This document shows positions 1 to 12,101 of a stretch of 47,151 nucleotides of DNA, one piece after another. Position 1 is the stretch's first letter. Each line of letters begins with the position of its first letter. Where the stretch lies: positions 323,699-370,849 of the forward strand of contig NMRA01000180.1 of NCBI GenBank assembly GCA_002633005.1. The letters run 5' to 3'. The notes below the pieces were generated by a model. It did not search any database. It was not told where the DNA came from and saw nothing but the letters and a program-made list of their open reading frames with translations. A program made the translations under genes and the position numbers. The DNA is from Phoronis australis (lineage: Eukaryota; Animalia; Phoronida).

Positions 1-935
1 ACGGTGATTTGATTGAATTGAAATTTGGTGAGCGGTTGCAAAAGATATAAAAGAAGAATAAAGAACACATTTCATAAGAAAAAATAACTTACCTTTCAAA
101 ATACAAGCAGTCAAACAGGAGCGAAAAATTCCCCCAACTTCTCACCAGTGACATGCTTTGACAAGAATGAAAATTCAACAAAGAAAATGACGTATGCCCA
201 GAAGAATTTACGGTCTACGTCATCAATAATGTGGTTCCCCGTTTTCTTGGTTTCTGGAGGAGAGAGAGTGGAAATACTAAAGCCACCGTAAAACAATGGC
301 TGTCTAATCGATAATCGCCATTACGCAACATCTGGGAAAAGCCAATCAGCGTTGAGATAAGACTTTGTCACAATGTCACGTCCCTACAGGCCCTGGAACA
401 AAGCTGTGTGAATTACAAATATTTATTGTGTAACATTGTTACAATTTCATTTTTGTTGGTTAATACATGTGCTTATGATTATGAGCTGATTCGTGCGGTA
501 ATCTATTTAAACAAACATCAATACTAATTCCAACAAAAAATCAGCTGATGCGACTGTGTAAGTCACTAAGTAAGTGCAACACGGGAAAATCAGCTGAGCC
601 TGAAGACGTTTCTGGCGTTAATAACTCATAACATGTCTGAATTATCTTGTGAATGTTTTAAATGACATGACAGAGAACAGTATACGCATTTTATTTTTAC
701 AAGTCTTAAAAACTCCAAACAATCAAGCAATTCGACTCATTACTTTATCAAATCCTGAAACGAGGGAACGACCGCTCCGTAGGAGACTACGTAAAACCGG
801 AAGTTTTCTATCCTGCGTGTGCAGCGCCCTCTCATCGTTAGTGCTTATGTCCCGTGGCCCGCGACATGCGCAACGCGCTCTAACGGGAGTTGGCAGTCCC
901 TATCTATAGTCTATGGTTCTACTTACTTTACTTAC

Positions 936-1055
936 CCTCTGGCAGACGACCATTTCTAGGCTGATCAAAATGCCTAGTCCAATCACAGCCACACATCTCA
1001 AGCTAGGAACCTTACTGGTTCCTAATCCTACGCTAAAGCAACTAGGATCAGTCAT
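936..1055 (-). CDS. Exon 1 (signal peptide) of a likely tandem paralog of the TNFR-like gene; remainder lies beyond the left edge
   Basis: ATG at 1055 gives MTDPSCFSVGLGTSKVPSLRCVAVIGLGILISLEMVVCQR, ending at phase-0 donor AGG|GTAAGT. Similar in nucleotide sequence, protein (MT..PSC...RC + hydrophobic stretch) and phase to exon 21402-21518, with shared upstream motifs. Confidence 0.7.
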
Positions 1056-1156
1056 TTCACTTATTTTTCACTGCGTGGGTTATGTTTTTGAAAACTCTGG
1101 TGTGATGCTTTTCCTTTTAAGGCTTGTAGAATAGAAGCCTTCAGGCAGCGCTCGCT

Positions 1157-1171
1157 CGAATGTTCCAGAAC
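1157..1171. promoter_or_regulatory. Heat-shock element (nGAAnnTTCnnGAAn)
   Basis: cGAAtgTTCcaGAAc, about 100 nt upstream of the paralog ATG; equivalent site at 21609-21623. Confidence 0.5.
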
Positions 1172-1210
1172 TTGCGTCTAGATCTGTAACCGCTCCGGGA
1201 CCGAGGCTGA

Positions 1211-1220
1211 GGGGAATTCC
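1211..1220. promoter_or_regulatory. NF-kB (Rel) site
   Basis: GGGGAATTCC fits GGGRNNYYCC; identical decamer at 21703-21712 upstream of the other paralog. Confidence 0.6.
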
Positions 1221-1362
1221 TCGAGTCACAACTGACCTACTTTTGATAAAACTCTTCAGAATCTGAAGTTATGAAATTTAGAAGTCAGGTCAAGTCGACA
1301 GACGAGAAAACATTAGCCACAGGCTAGTATACCGACAAATAAATACATAAGTTATAAAATAA

Positions 1363-1367
<5 letters not shown>

Positions 1368-1396
<29 letters not shown>
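1368..1396. repeat. (TA)n microsatellite
   Basis: Directly visible. Confidence 0.9.
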
Positions 1397-1401
<5 letters not shown>

Positions 1402-1716
1402 TAAAACAAATAGTTAAAATACTATAACAAGGTGTAGTATTTGTTTTAATTCCATAATGGCATAATCATTATGCCATTATGATAATGCAAGTCTGGCGGG
1501 AAAAAATCTTGCTGTGGCTGTGGCTTGCCTTAAGAGCAGCTGATCACAGATATATTTTGTAGCTGTAGGTCGAGGCAAGTCCGAACTATTTCAGAGTATA
1601 AGCATTTCCAGAGCCAGAGGGTACTCACATAACGTACTTGCAAGACGAAGCCGCGGCACCGTCACAAACGCGACCCAGCTAAATAACGTTTTACTCTTGC
1701 GACACCAAGCGACCAG

Positions 1717-1879
1717 CCTCCCGTTCAGTAACGCTAGGACCTCGCTAAAAAGCAAGACTTCGTGAGAGTACGTGAGATATTGCCGTTCATTTTAAATGAG
1801 AACACGTGACTTTGACTAGGTTTTAGCTAGGTCCTAGCGTAGGTCCTAGCGTAGGTCCTACCGTCTACTGAACGCACGC
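1717..1879. mobile_element. PIF/Harbinger-type MITE
   Basis: Imperfect TIRs (CCTCCCGTTCAGTA / TACTGAACGCACGC), CAG TSD on both sides, near-identical copy at 35835-35985. Confidence 0.75.
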
Positions 1880-1999
1880 CAGATGTCTTAGATGACATGC
1901 GCGTTAACGGAATTTCCTGCCTCTTCACAAGTGGAGGAATATTTTATACAGAAAGTAAACACCTGCGACGGAGGGCTTTGTTTGTTTTTGTTTTCAAGT

Positions 2000-4528
2000 C
2001 ACTGGCGGATCTACGGGAGGGAGGTTCAGTGTTTAAACCCCCCCCCTTGGGCCAGGACCCAAAAATGAAAAAATAAAAAAACGTCTCCAGCAAAGAAAAA
2101 CGCCACCGCCAGCCTGTCATGTAAATCTCAATTAAACCAAAAATTGAGGTAATAATTTTTTGCATTGTGAATTGCTGTTATGAAAATCAACGCATTTCTA
2201 GTCTTCGTTGCTCATCGGCAAAACGCGCGGAGATCAATTGTGCGCGCGCTTCCGTCGGCACTTCTGAATGAGTAGCGAAGCATTTTAGACAGTAGATCCG
2301 GCCACCGCTGAAAGAGCAGCTGATTTCTTTAGGTACTTAGCTTCTTTACTCTAAAATATGTTTTGATTTGATTAGGGGAAATACTGTGGTGCCGCAACCC
2401 TGATATTCAGTCGAATTGACATGCAAAGTACGTTTTTATCTCCATCTGTCATGCCGTGTCATTCTACTTTACATTCCACTCGAATTTGACTGGTAGTAAA
2501 GTTGTCTCGCGCAATATCATACAGTGTACATGCACACGTAATATTTTTGGAAAAAAACGTTTTCCGAAGAATTGCTATTGTGGCGGGCGCCGTGGAGATT
2601 CACTCTATCATGTTATGTCTATGAATGACCAAGGGGGCACTCACATTGACAAAGTGACCGCATTCGCGAACAGTGTACAGTACCAGAAACTTAGTGGAGG
2701 CTGTACTTTCACAACAAAGTCTTGCGGGACTTGTGCGATGTTCAATAGGCCTCCTAAGGAGCCCTAGTGCCGACCTCAACACCCGTAGACTACCGTCTTT
2801 CTACCTGCAATAAGCACCACTGCCGTTTTCTCATACTGATTTCCGCAGAAAGGCTCACCCGACGAAACGCCCATGCCCATGGGCATTTATTTGATGTTAG
2901 TACTTCGGGTTTCAAACGTTCAGACATTGGGACGTTTATTTCGAAAATTGCAAGAGATGCAAATAGGTCCTGGGATACATCGTCAAGGTTTGAAGTAGTC
3001 CATGATGAACGGATCAAATTTAGTTGCGCATGCTGTAAGTCTTTTGAATGGACTTGGTAACCTCAGGGGGCTTAGTGCCAACTGAACTGCGAAACGAGAT
3101 GCTGACATTGTAGAGGCGTACAAGCTCATTGACACAGCAGATGACGAAGTGCAAGTGTTGGGAACAAACATCGAAGATGTCTGGGTAGAATGGTTCCAAG
3201 ACGAGCAAACCATTGGATCCGATATACAGATTCCTCGGCAGTCTAGAAAACAGAAAGATAGGACCAACGTTCCTGGAGAAACACCCAGGTAATAAGTTAT
3301 AATTCTACACAGTTTGTATATAATATCGGTTCTTTATGCTTGTGTACAATGAAAACGAAATAGAAATTATTTTTGGACATGCCAAATTTACCCAGTACAG
3401 CAAAGGGTCTAAGAGCGCACAGAAATTGATTCTGGTTTGTACTTCCACTTGAGTCTATCTGATTCATATCCAAAATCTATTTCACGTAGTGCGTAGTTAA
3501 ATATGTACTCTATACTTGTTTCTTCCAGTGAGTACTACATGAGAACGGTGCGAAAATCCTTCCTATACAACCTCTAGCACCAGTTGACCACCAGATGTGT
3601 AAAATACACGTATGAGCAACAACTGGGGATTAAAAAGTGTCTAGAGAGAAGTTTTCAATTCACATTTTTTTGCAAAGTACACTTTAGGTCTCGCGACGGA
3701 CCAGGTCAGCTTGATTTGTGTAGAAATTGAGTTTCAGTGTACTTCTGGTCCCTCGGCGAACTAGTCTTGTGATGTTTTTTACCAAAGTGTGCTTTGTAAA
3801 ACTATTATCTGTCAGTACTGTTTGGTTCCGCGCGATCGACTATTTTTATAGGGACAATAAGCACAGGTGTAGTTTTGGTCTCGTGACGGACCAGGCCAGC
3901 CTTTTCCTGTACTCTCAGTGTACACCTGGCCCCTCCGCGAACTGGTCCTGTATACCTTTTCACCACAGTGTACAGAATGTTTTGGTTTCCTGAAACTGTT
4001 TCCAGATGATTTGTTTCCTGATACATTTGACGTTTTCCAATTGTTGTCAACGTGATTCAGCTTAACAAAGTGATACTTAATTATTTATTGTCGCTTTTAA
4101 TAATACACTATGAGCCGAGAGCACCATCGTTCGCCAGTTTTTCTCGTAATGAGACAAAACACAGTTCAGGTCTTCGTTCTTAAACAGCTCGAGGCTGTCG
4201 CGATCATCTGATATTCAAGTTTTTACGTCCCGTCCGTGCTCCTTATGCTCTTGAATATTTGGTAGTTGTCTAAACCCCTGTATACACACCACACTTTTTT
4301 GTATGCTTAAAAGGTGTGTGTAAGCAGATGTTCCAACAGACATTTGTGCTGGTGGTGTGACTCATACCCAGATGTGCACAAATGTGGTTTCACGAAACTT
4401 ATGAGTCAAGTTCATGTGACAAAATCGAGTAGGGTTTTTAATTATCTAAAAAAAAACTCCGCGTCTCGAATTCGACTTTTGCGGGAATCCTAACCCCCCC
4501 CCTTACTGAAAACGTAGATCCGCCACTG
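2000..4528 (+). mobile_element. Defective hAT-like DNA transposon with 5-bp TSD
   Basis: TIRs CACTGGCGGATCTACG / CGTAGATCCGCCACTG, TSD CAAGT on both sides, internal degenerate hAT transposase. Confidence 0.85.
2900..3600 (+). pseudogene. Degenerate hAT transposase (THAP12/PRKRIR-like C-terminal region); boundaries approximate
   Basis: Reads ...KRDADIVEAYKLIDTADDEVQVLGTNIEDVWVEWFQDEQTIGSDIQIPRQSRKQKDRTNVPGETP-[intron 3289-3528]-SEYYMRTVRKSFLYNL*HQLTTR, matching the hAT PR...Q..R.NVP..TPEEYYR pattern; contains stops. Confidence 0.75.
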
Positions 4529-4779
4529 CAAGTCGCACGAAATGAGGCACTGGTCAAGTGAGAGTAATTTAAATAAAGCTTCCAGGGCCCCAATGAACAG
4601 CGTGTTTGAGTGGCTGCATTAAAGACGTACTGCCGCAAGATTTGAACAGTCGATATTATCAGCGAGCACTTTATTTTTGTGTTCCGAACCTGCTGCACTG
4701 CAGCTGTATTCGATAATTTGTAAAGGTGTAAGCACAAATAGTCCAACTGAATGGCATTTATGCTTATGAAATACCTCGC

Positions 4780-6840
4780 ATATTGCCTTATATTGCCTCT
4801 AAGATAAGTGAATGGCTTGTAAAATGCACACTTTACATAATCAGTCATGCACAGTTGGTCACAACTTTTAAGCTGATGTTTTGTCTATTTGACGTTGCGC
4901 GGTTGTCAAGCCTTGCATTTGAAAACACCATGTTCATCTAATGCCCCAATGATATGCGGTACGAACATAAACTAATTTGCAAATGTAAGGAACTGGCCGT
5001 ACTAATCCCAATGAATTCTGAAGGTGTTTCTTTAGTCAAGAGGCAGTCCTTGTTGGCAATGGAAATGTAATCCTATCATGGTAACAACCTTGTTACAAGA
5101 AGGTTTTATAAGCGTAAAATATGGTCTTATTCCAATTTCATTTTCTTACAGCTAAATGGTGTGTGCAATGATGAAGACTAAAATCAAAAATAGAATTTTG
5201 GCTAATTTCAACATTCTGAACCCCATAAAACTTTTTGTAACATAAGTATTGTATTTACTATAAGAGAAACAACATAGAATTTGTAGTTTGCTGTTGATTC
5301 ATTTTATTTTACATTGTTTCATGACAAATAAGTGTCATCTTTAAGGATCTGTATTTATAGACATACCATATTAGCATTGATAAGGCTTATCGTTCAAAGG
5401 AGGTACCTGCAGAATAAATAAAGTCTCAAAAAACTGAGGAGGAATAAAAACGGCCATTGAATAATTTGAAATAAAAGTCTCATGTGCACAGAGTAGCGGA
5501 CTATAGTTGGATATGGCATAACCTAACTTTTGAGAACCAGTTTGATGCTTATTATTCAGTGAAGAAAATAGTTCTCAAAATGCTCCATATCCGACTGTTA
5601 ATCCTATATTATCCATGTACAACTCTTCATTTTTCAACCTGTTGCAAATTTTGACATACATATTTTACAAATATTAGACTTACTAATTTAGAAAGACAAT
5701 GATGCCCACTACAGACAGTACAATTTCAGAAAAAATAGTTTTGCAATAAAAATAACTAAGTGCACAAAACTAAAGGAATGGCAAGTCAATTGGTAACTTG
5801 TTATTAAATAGGTGGAGATAATAGTTGAAAGCCCATTTGATTGACATCTCAAATAAAGTGAAACTTGTTTTTTTTATTGAACAACATTCTTTTCCTTGTT
5901 TGGTGTATGTTGCAAAAGAGGGCTTTGAGTAATGCATTCCGCAGTGATTGCTCAAGACAACCAACCATCTTCCAAATGAACAACGCTTCCCCTCAGAACA
6001 GAACATAAGTATTTTTATCCTATAATATAATTACAAATAATGTCATATGCCAAAACAACAGCAACACTGAGTACTGAGCAGGGATGTTAATTTTTATCAA
6101 GTATTGACTACTACTTAATGCAGAATATGCCAAAAACGACATCAATTATGTTGTTGTCAACACTTTCCAATCTTTTGAGCACTTTGGAAATAAACTGACA
6201 TCTAAAGTGATGTGGAAATAGTAAATAAGACCATTGGGTGGCACAAAATACAACTTATCCATCTGAAATAAAAGAAGTACTGTAATCAATTGAAAATCAA
6301 GCTTTAAAATTAGTGAAATACCTGTACATAAGTTAACATTAAACAGCATTTTGTCAGTGTTTAGTAATAAACCCTGAATTCTTATTCCAAGTCCTTTGAA
6401 GTTTAAAACATCACCATATTCATTAAATAGAGTAAAGTTTATGCTTTGCAATATTTGCCAAACCAGGTTTCTTGGAATTCAAGAAATCTTGCAGTTTTTT
6501 AATTGGAAAGTGAGACATACGAGACAAACAAGCATCTTCATGTTTTCCAAATGTAGAAGCTGTGATGGAATGCTCTTTAAGATGGTTGCGGAATTTTTGG
6601 AGATTTTTTAAAATAAAATTCACTCCGTCTTTATAACAATACATACATCTTTGCTTTCTATGCTTGGACTGAATGCGTTTGCTCAGGCTATCCTCATTAG
6701 TAAAACAGAACAGTGTTTTAGCACCTCCTAAGATACATGTGTCGCATACCTGCAATTCGGAAAGCATGTTTCGCATTGAATTGTGGAACAGTTGCAGAAA
6801 ACCAGTGATTTCTCCACAAAAAAACTCATCATGCACAAGT
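4780..6840 (-). pseudogene. Highly degenerate spliced coding remnant, possibly transposon-borne (Ulp1/C48-like protease?)
   Basis: Cys/His-rich ORF 6423-6836 followed by broken exon-like fragments (KRLESVDNNIIDVVL; QRQID..SC) loosely resembling Ulp1 motifs; many stops and frameshifts. Confidence 0.25.
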
Positions 6841-7096
6841 ACTCAGTCTTTACATTCACACGCAACGACCTGTGCATGGCCTTGACCAGATTGCGACTGG
6901 GGACTAGGCCTATAGCCCCCCCCCCCCTCCCTCCCCTCCATAGCAGCGCACTCCAGTTCCAGTGTTATACACCACTACTTGTGTGTGTAGAGCACTGGCG
7001 TAAAGTTACCACCATTCAATTTTTCTGCGGCCTTCCCATCGCTCTACACTTAATTGCAATTATCGCAGAATTTTACATTTTGGTGGGCTTCTTGTT

Positions 7097-7889
7097 TGTG
7101 AACATCCTTTAAAGTTATACTATATACTTTCTCACAGCTGGTTCACACAAAATTATATTTTATAATAAGACATATTCTGTTTAAATAGAGTCACTTGACA
7201 GAGTCTAGACAGTTCCATCTCAACTGGCCCCAGCAGAGATGGTGGCCATCCCACTACGCGTTCCATGCGCCGGAACCTTTTCGGAAATTATGCCTCACGT
7301 TGATTAAACCAACAATCATGTTGCTATAAGTACCTGTCTGCGCGTAGAGGGGACACATTAAAAGCCACTTGATGTCTTAATTTCCTTCCAACTACAACAA
7401 ATGCTCCCGTAATCAAACTTTTCCTTTGAGCAGTCCTTCGTTCAGTTGCCCAAGTTGAGAACTGGTTCGCTCACGCCAGGAGATATGACGTCATGTCTCC
7501 CGGCTGTTCGAAAAAAGTTTGATTGTGGGAGAATCTATTCGAGCTGAGAAGCAACAGCTTGCAAAACCCGTGCGTGTGTGTGTGCATGCGTGTGCTGTTT
7601 AACGAGAAGTTAGTATTCAAAACAACTCAACGCCTGACAGAGGTTTGCACCCCTGAGTGCATTTAATGGCAGAGAAGAGGTTGGCAGTGGCACCCATAGT
7701 TCTAAGCCGATAACAAATCCCCCAATTAAGTTACATATTACATCTAGCCAAGTTGGAGTGGACTGGGATGTGAGAGCTATGTGTGTTCTGGGTCGTCAGT
7801 GTTGATGATTTTCCCGTCATCATGTTGTAGGGGAAGAAGGGCCTCCTCTTTGTCAAGTTTGTAATTGACTTTGTTCAACTCCCAAAAGC
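7097..7889 (+). repeat. About 800-bp dispersed repeat, copy 1
   Basis: Colinear with 28537-29324 from AACATCCTTTAAA to TTGACTTTGTTCAAC..CCCAAAAGCC. Confidence 0.9.
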
Positions 7890-7970
7890 CTCGAGCTTTA
7901 CTTGCAATACATGATGATATCTCACGCACTTCGGAAGTCTTGTGAGTTCTTACCTTTCTCGAATCTCCAG

Positions 7971-8073
7971 GGCTGGGTCACTTGCATAAAACTTCAGTTA
8001 TCCGCTAGATAAGTTTGGTTGTTGGATGACGTCAGGTGCATTGTTCAACAATAACAACGTGGCGCGTGATAAT
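7971..8073 (-). mobile_element. Truncated inverted copy of the Harbinger-type MITE at 8846-8995
   Basis: About 100-bp reverse-complement match to 8892-8995, preceded by CAG. Confidence 0.7.
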
Positions 8074-8259
8074 AGCAGGGTCTGGAGTAATTCCATGGCC
8101 ACGCGTACTTCCCGGGGGCAAATACGATCGTCTAAACCCTTGGAGGCAGCACACGTATCCGCGGTGCAACTCCCCAGACCCGCGCCTTTAACCATCCATA
8201 CATGTTCCTGAAGTGTGGACTTTTCTGTCTGACAACGTCTGCAACTAGACCCTCGGAAG

Positions 8260-8840
8260 AAAGTGGAGTCGGATAGGGGTTGCTCCAGAAAATTCCACGC
8301 TGGGTGTACACACATCTGGTTTTATTATGAACAGTATGCCAAGCACTTTTACAGAATAATTCCTAAACGTGATTATCCACGTTTGGGAAATGTGTTGGCT
8401 GGCGACAGTAATATCAACACTGCCAGTCTCAAACAATCTGTTGAACAAACCCGACTGCTGACACCACGACAATTTTATAAGTCAAGACCTGTATAGTGAA
8501 GATCAAATGAAACAAGTAAGGTGGTCGCACTCTGTTTATTAAAATATATAAATATATAAATATATATAAATAAAAAGGTATAATGTTTTCAACAAGTATA
8601 CCTATAATAACTTATCATTGGAACGGACCTTTGAAAGCCCTAAGAAATGGGCAGCCAGAAACCAGCTCAACTGCCGACAAAAATAGATCACAAGTAGACT
8701 GGTACGCATTTACAGCCGGAATGAATAGAGTGAATGATGCATCAAACTATTCTGAAAACGTAATGAGAACCTTTAAAAACAACAAAATCTTACATCTGTA
8801 TAAGTCTGCCATGTACACAAAAACTGATCAAGTAAATAAC
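8260..8840 (+). mobile_element. Degraded LINE (L2/CR1-like) endonuclease-region fragment
   Basis: VLAGDSNIN...LKQSVEQTR resembles the APE GDFN..../Q.V..PTR motif; SQVDWYAF resembles the post-endonuclease DW motif. Confidence 0.4.
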
Positions 8841-8845
8841 ACCTG

Positions 8846-8995
8846 GGCCCAGTTGCATAAAAGTTATACGCCGTATAGCAACAATGACGTCGCATTATCA
8901 CGCGTCACGTTGTTATTGTTGAACAATGCACCTGACGTCATGCAACAATCGAACTTATCCAGCGGATAACTTTTGAAGCTTTATGCAACTCAGCC
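8846..8995. mobile_element. PIF/Harbinger-type MITE (150 bp)
   Basis: TIRs GGCCCAGTTGCATAAAAG / CTTTATGCAACTCAGCC, CTG TSD on both sides. Confidence 0.8.
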
Positions 8996-9556
8996 CTGGT
9001 ATCCACCATTATGCCTCCCAGATTACAGTGTCAAATGACTGGCTCATTGTCAGTCCTGACCGTTAGTATTTCGAAACAAGTACAATGCCAAGTACGAAAT
9101 ACAACGACTATAACCTTTCGACGGAGCTTTTGACGCAGAAAACTCTCTTTTGGGTACCCCCGGCTCATCTTTTCCTCACCAAACGCAATATTTGGTGAAA
9201 GACGAATAGCCACGAAATTGTCACGTCTTTTCGAAACTATAGGAAGGTTCACACAATATGACACGAAAACTTGGCGCCAGGATGAAAAATCATCGGCCAC
9301 AATCGAAACAAGAACCGACACCTGAAAGGCGCGTGAACAGTTAGAAATCAGTGTGTTTACAAAACGCGATTTCAGATATAAGACGGACAATACTGAAGAA
9401 GACACCCAAAAGCTCGATCGCCACAACACTAACACGTGAATAATGGCTAAAACCCTGATTTGCAGGTAAAATCGTCAGTATCAGTGGAGTATCTGGATGT
9501 GGACTATCATGATGTGGCAAGTTTACCACAAAAATCAGTATCAATACCTCAACCAG

Positions 9557-9950
9557 ACCTATACTGTACTTTAACATTTAAGACTCAGAAGTATCTGTTT
9601 TGTACCTCAATAACCTATACTGCACTTAAACAGTTAAGACTCAGAGGTGTCTGTTTTGTACCTCAGTAACCTATACTGCACTTAACAGTTATGACTCAAA
9701 GGAACCTCAATTGTACCTATACTGTACTTTAACAGTTAAGACTCAGAGGTGTCTGTTTTTTACTTTAAAAGTATCTATACTGTACTTTAAAAGTTAACTA
9801 AGAAGTATCTGTTTTGTACTTTAATAGTATCTATACTGTTCTTTAACAGTTAAGACTCAAAGATATCTGTTTTGTACCTCAATGGTTCCTAAACTGTACT
9901 TGAGCAGTTAAAACTCGGAGGTAGGTGTTTTGTACCTGACTTGTACCATT
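9557..9950 (+). repeat. About 56-bp minisatellite (about 7 degenerate units)
   Basis: Unit approx. ACCTATACTGTACTTTAACAGTTAAGACTCAGARGTRTCTGTTTTGTACCTCAATA; GTACCT-rich sequence continues to about 10800. Confidence 0.85.
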
Positions 9951-10195
9951 GTTGTACCTCCAACAACTAGCCTCCACATAAATCTGTAATTCAATTTTAT
10001 CAATATCATACCTCAACATTTATCCTCTAATTTAAATATTTTGTATCTCAATCCTATCAATAATGTACCAAGACAGCTTGACTCCTTCATATAAATCCAT
10101 ACCTCAGTTGCATCAATACTGTATCACAACATTTAGCATCTACTGTATAAATGTGTACATGACAGTATCCAAAATGTATCTCAACTATTAGTCTC

Positions 10196-10511
10196 CAAGG
10201 CTTGGAATGACAAATGGCGAAAAACGCGGAAATTTTTACGGCCCGAAACAATCATGTGAGCCGCCATTGAGGAAATCCACCACGCTTTTCCCAGATACCC
10301 CGGCAATGTTGACAATTTACGTTCCTCCGAAACATAAAGAGCAACTTCCGCTTTTCGAGGTGAAAGTCGTCGGCAACACGGCGGTAAGACAGAAATTTGC
10401 CGCGGAAATTTTATATGTAATCAGATTTTTTTACGCGGAAATATAATAAAATAAGAAAGAACATTTGAAAAAAGTGTAAATCCGCGTTTCCGCGGAAAAT
10501 TCCAAGCCCTG
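10196..10511. mobile_element. hAT-like MITE with 6-bp TSD
   Basis: TIRs CAAGGCTTGGAAT / ATTCCAAGCCCTG, TSD AGTCTC on both sides, internal CGCGGAAA repeats. Confidence 0.85.
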
Positions 10512-11468
10512 AGTCTCTCCTGTATCAGGTAGTACCTGAATTGTGCCCATACTGGATCACAACAGTTACTAACTTCTACTGTGTAAATTTGTACCCCACT
10601 TGTAACAACACTGTACATCAACACACATAGTTTACATTTGTACTTCTGTTTTACTAGCCTCAACAGTTGGCTTATAATGCATCCTTAACTCAGCAGTAAG
10701 CCTCTTTTGCACCTCAACTTTTTCATCTTTATGCTTATGATAGTACCGTTAATGTACCACAGTGGTTAACTTCATCTGCAGTTCATCTTCTGTGCTCTTG
10801 GGTCCAGCCGGGTACTAACATAGAAGGCATAATATAATGGGACATGTTTCTAAGGTGGGTAGGTTTCTCATACACAAATCTATACAAAACAGTGCTTTTC
10901 AAATCAAATGCCACAGGAAAAGGATAACTTCATGGGTTCTGAACTCTACAATCTATTCTTGCAACGGAACTCCACAGACGGGTATCAGACGTTGTTGGCT
11001 CACTCTAAGAACGGGTGTGGTTTTACCTAGCCAACTCTCTAAAAGGTTAAATATTCTAATTTCCTAATAGATGTATAATTATGTTATACAAACACAATGT
11101 ACTTAGAAAGAACCTCAGTAATAATAATACAACTAAGAGACATGTTGACATAATATGTACATAGTAATATGGCTATAAACAGAAAGTGAACATTTGATTT
11201 AGTCCACTTACCTGTACAACACTGGTCTCAACTTGTTTATAACTCAGATGAGAAGAGATTCATGATTTTGCAAAGGACTGACAGTTATTCCTAGAGGCCA
11301 CGCTCCTCACATAAAATGATATGCTGTGACAAGCCAACTTGTAGAACCTGAACCTCAGAACCTTTATGCTCAGTTATCCAAAAACAATCTAGACTGTCCA
11401 GAAAAAAAGATTTAAAACAACTGACAATATTGATGTCCTAGGCACACACTAACTCTTGAGTCTTCCGC

Positions 11469-11582
11469 TCAATAAACAACTTTAACCTGTGTGTCCTCCA
11501 CGTGATCTACTGCTGGTGCCATGCCAACGGTTCTGCTGGTCACCATGGTGATGCCAGTTGACACTTTTGGGTGCTCTGCTTC
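11469..11582 (-). CDS. TNFR-like gene, exon 5 (cytoplasmic tail and stop)
   Basis: Acceptor TTTTTTTGCAG, phase 0; EAEHPKVSTGITMVTSRTVGMAPAVDHVEDTQVKVVY*. Confidence 0.7.
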   Translation of the reverse strand, partial: EAEHPKVSTGITMVTSRTVGMAPAVDHVEDTQVKVVY

Positions 11583-12101
11583 CTGCAAAAAAACAACTGA
11601 TTGAAAAATGATGCTGGGTAAATGTCCAAATTTGGCAAACTTGAGAGCATCACATCTTAGAAATTTTCAGGAATACAAAACTGTGTTGGGGGAGCTAACA
11701 AAGATAGAAGTTCTACCAGGTTCATGAAAAAATCAAAAGTTGTATAAAACTAAAATGAAATGATAATTTAGAAAACTGTACCAGCCTATTTGAGATTTCA
11801 TCTTGAACATTTGTATGAAGTGAAATTTGGTCGTGTTATTCATACCATTGTTTTGATATCAATGTAACTTGTTTTTGCTAGATTTTACAAAAAAGACATG
11901 GCGGCATGACCTAATTAATGACAGATTAGTAAAAAGCCTAATTCTATAAGAATTCTACAAACAGAAAATATCTACTTTTACTGAATTACAATCTGTAGTT
12001 GTATCAATATTGACTAAATAAAGAATTGACAATGAAGTCCGCAATAACGTTTACACTACATCTAAACAGTGGTTCACAAAAGGAGTGTTCATTGTACTTA
12101 C

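Noticed and set aside
9557-9950. CRISPR-like array
   Set aside because: Whole units are homologous with no unique spacers; it is a minisatellite.
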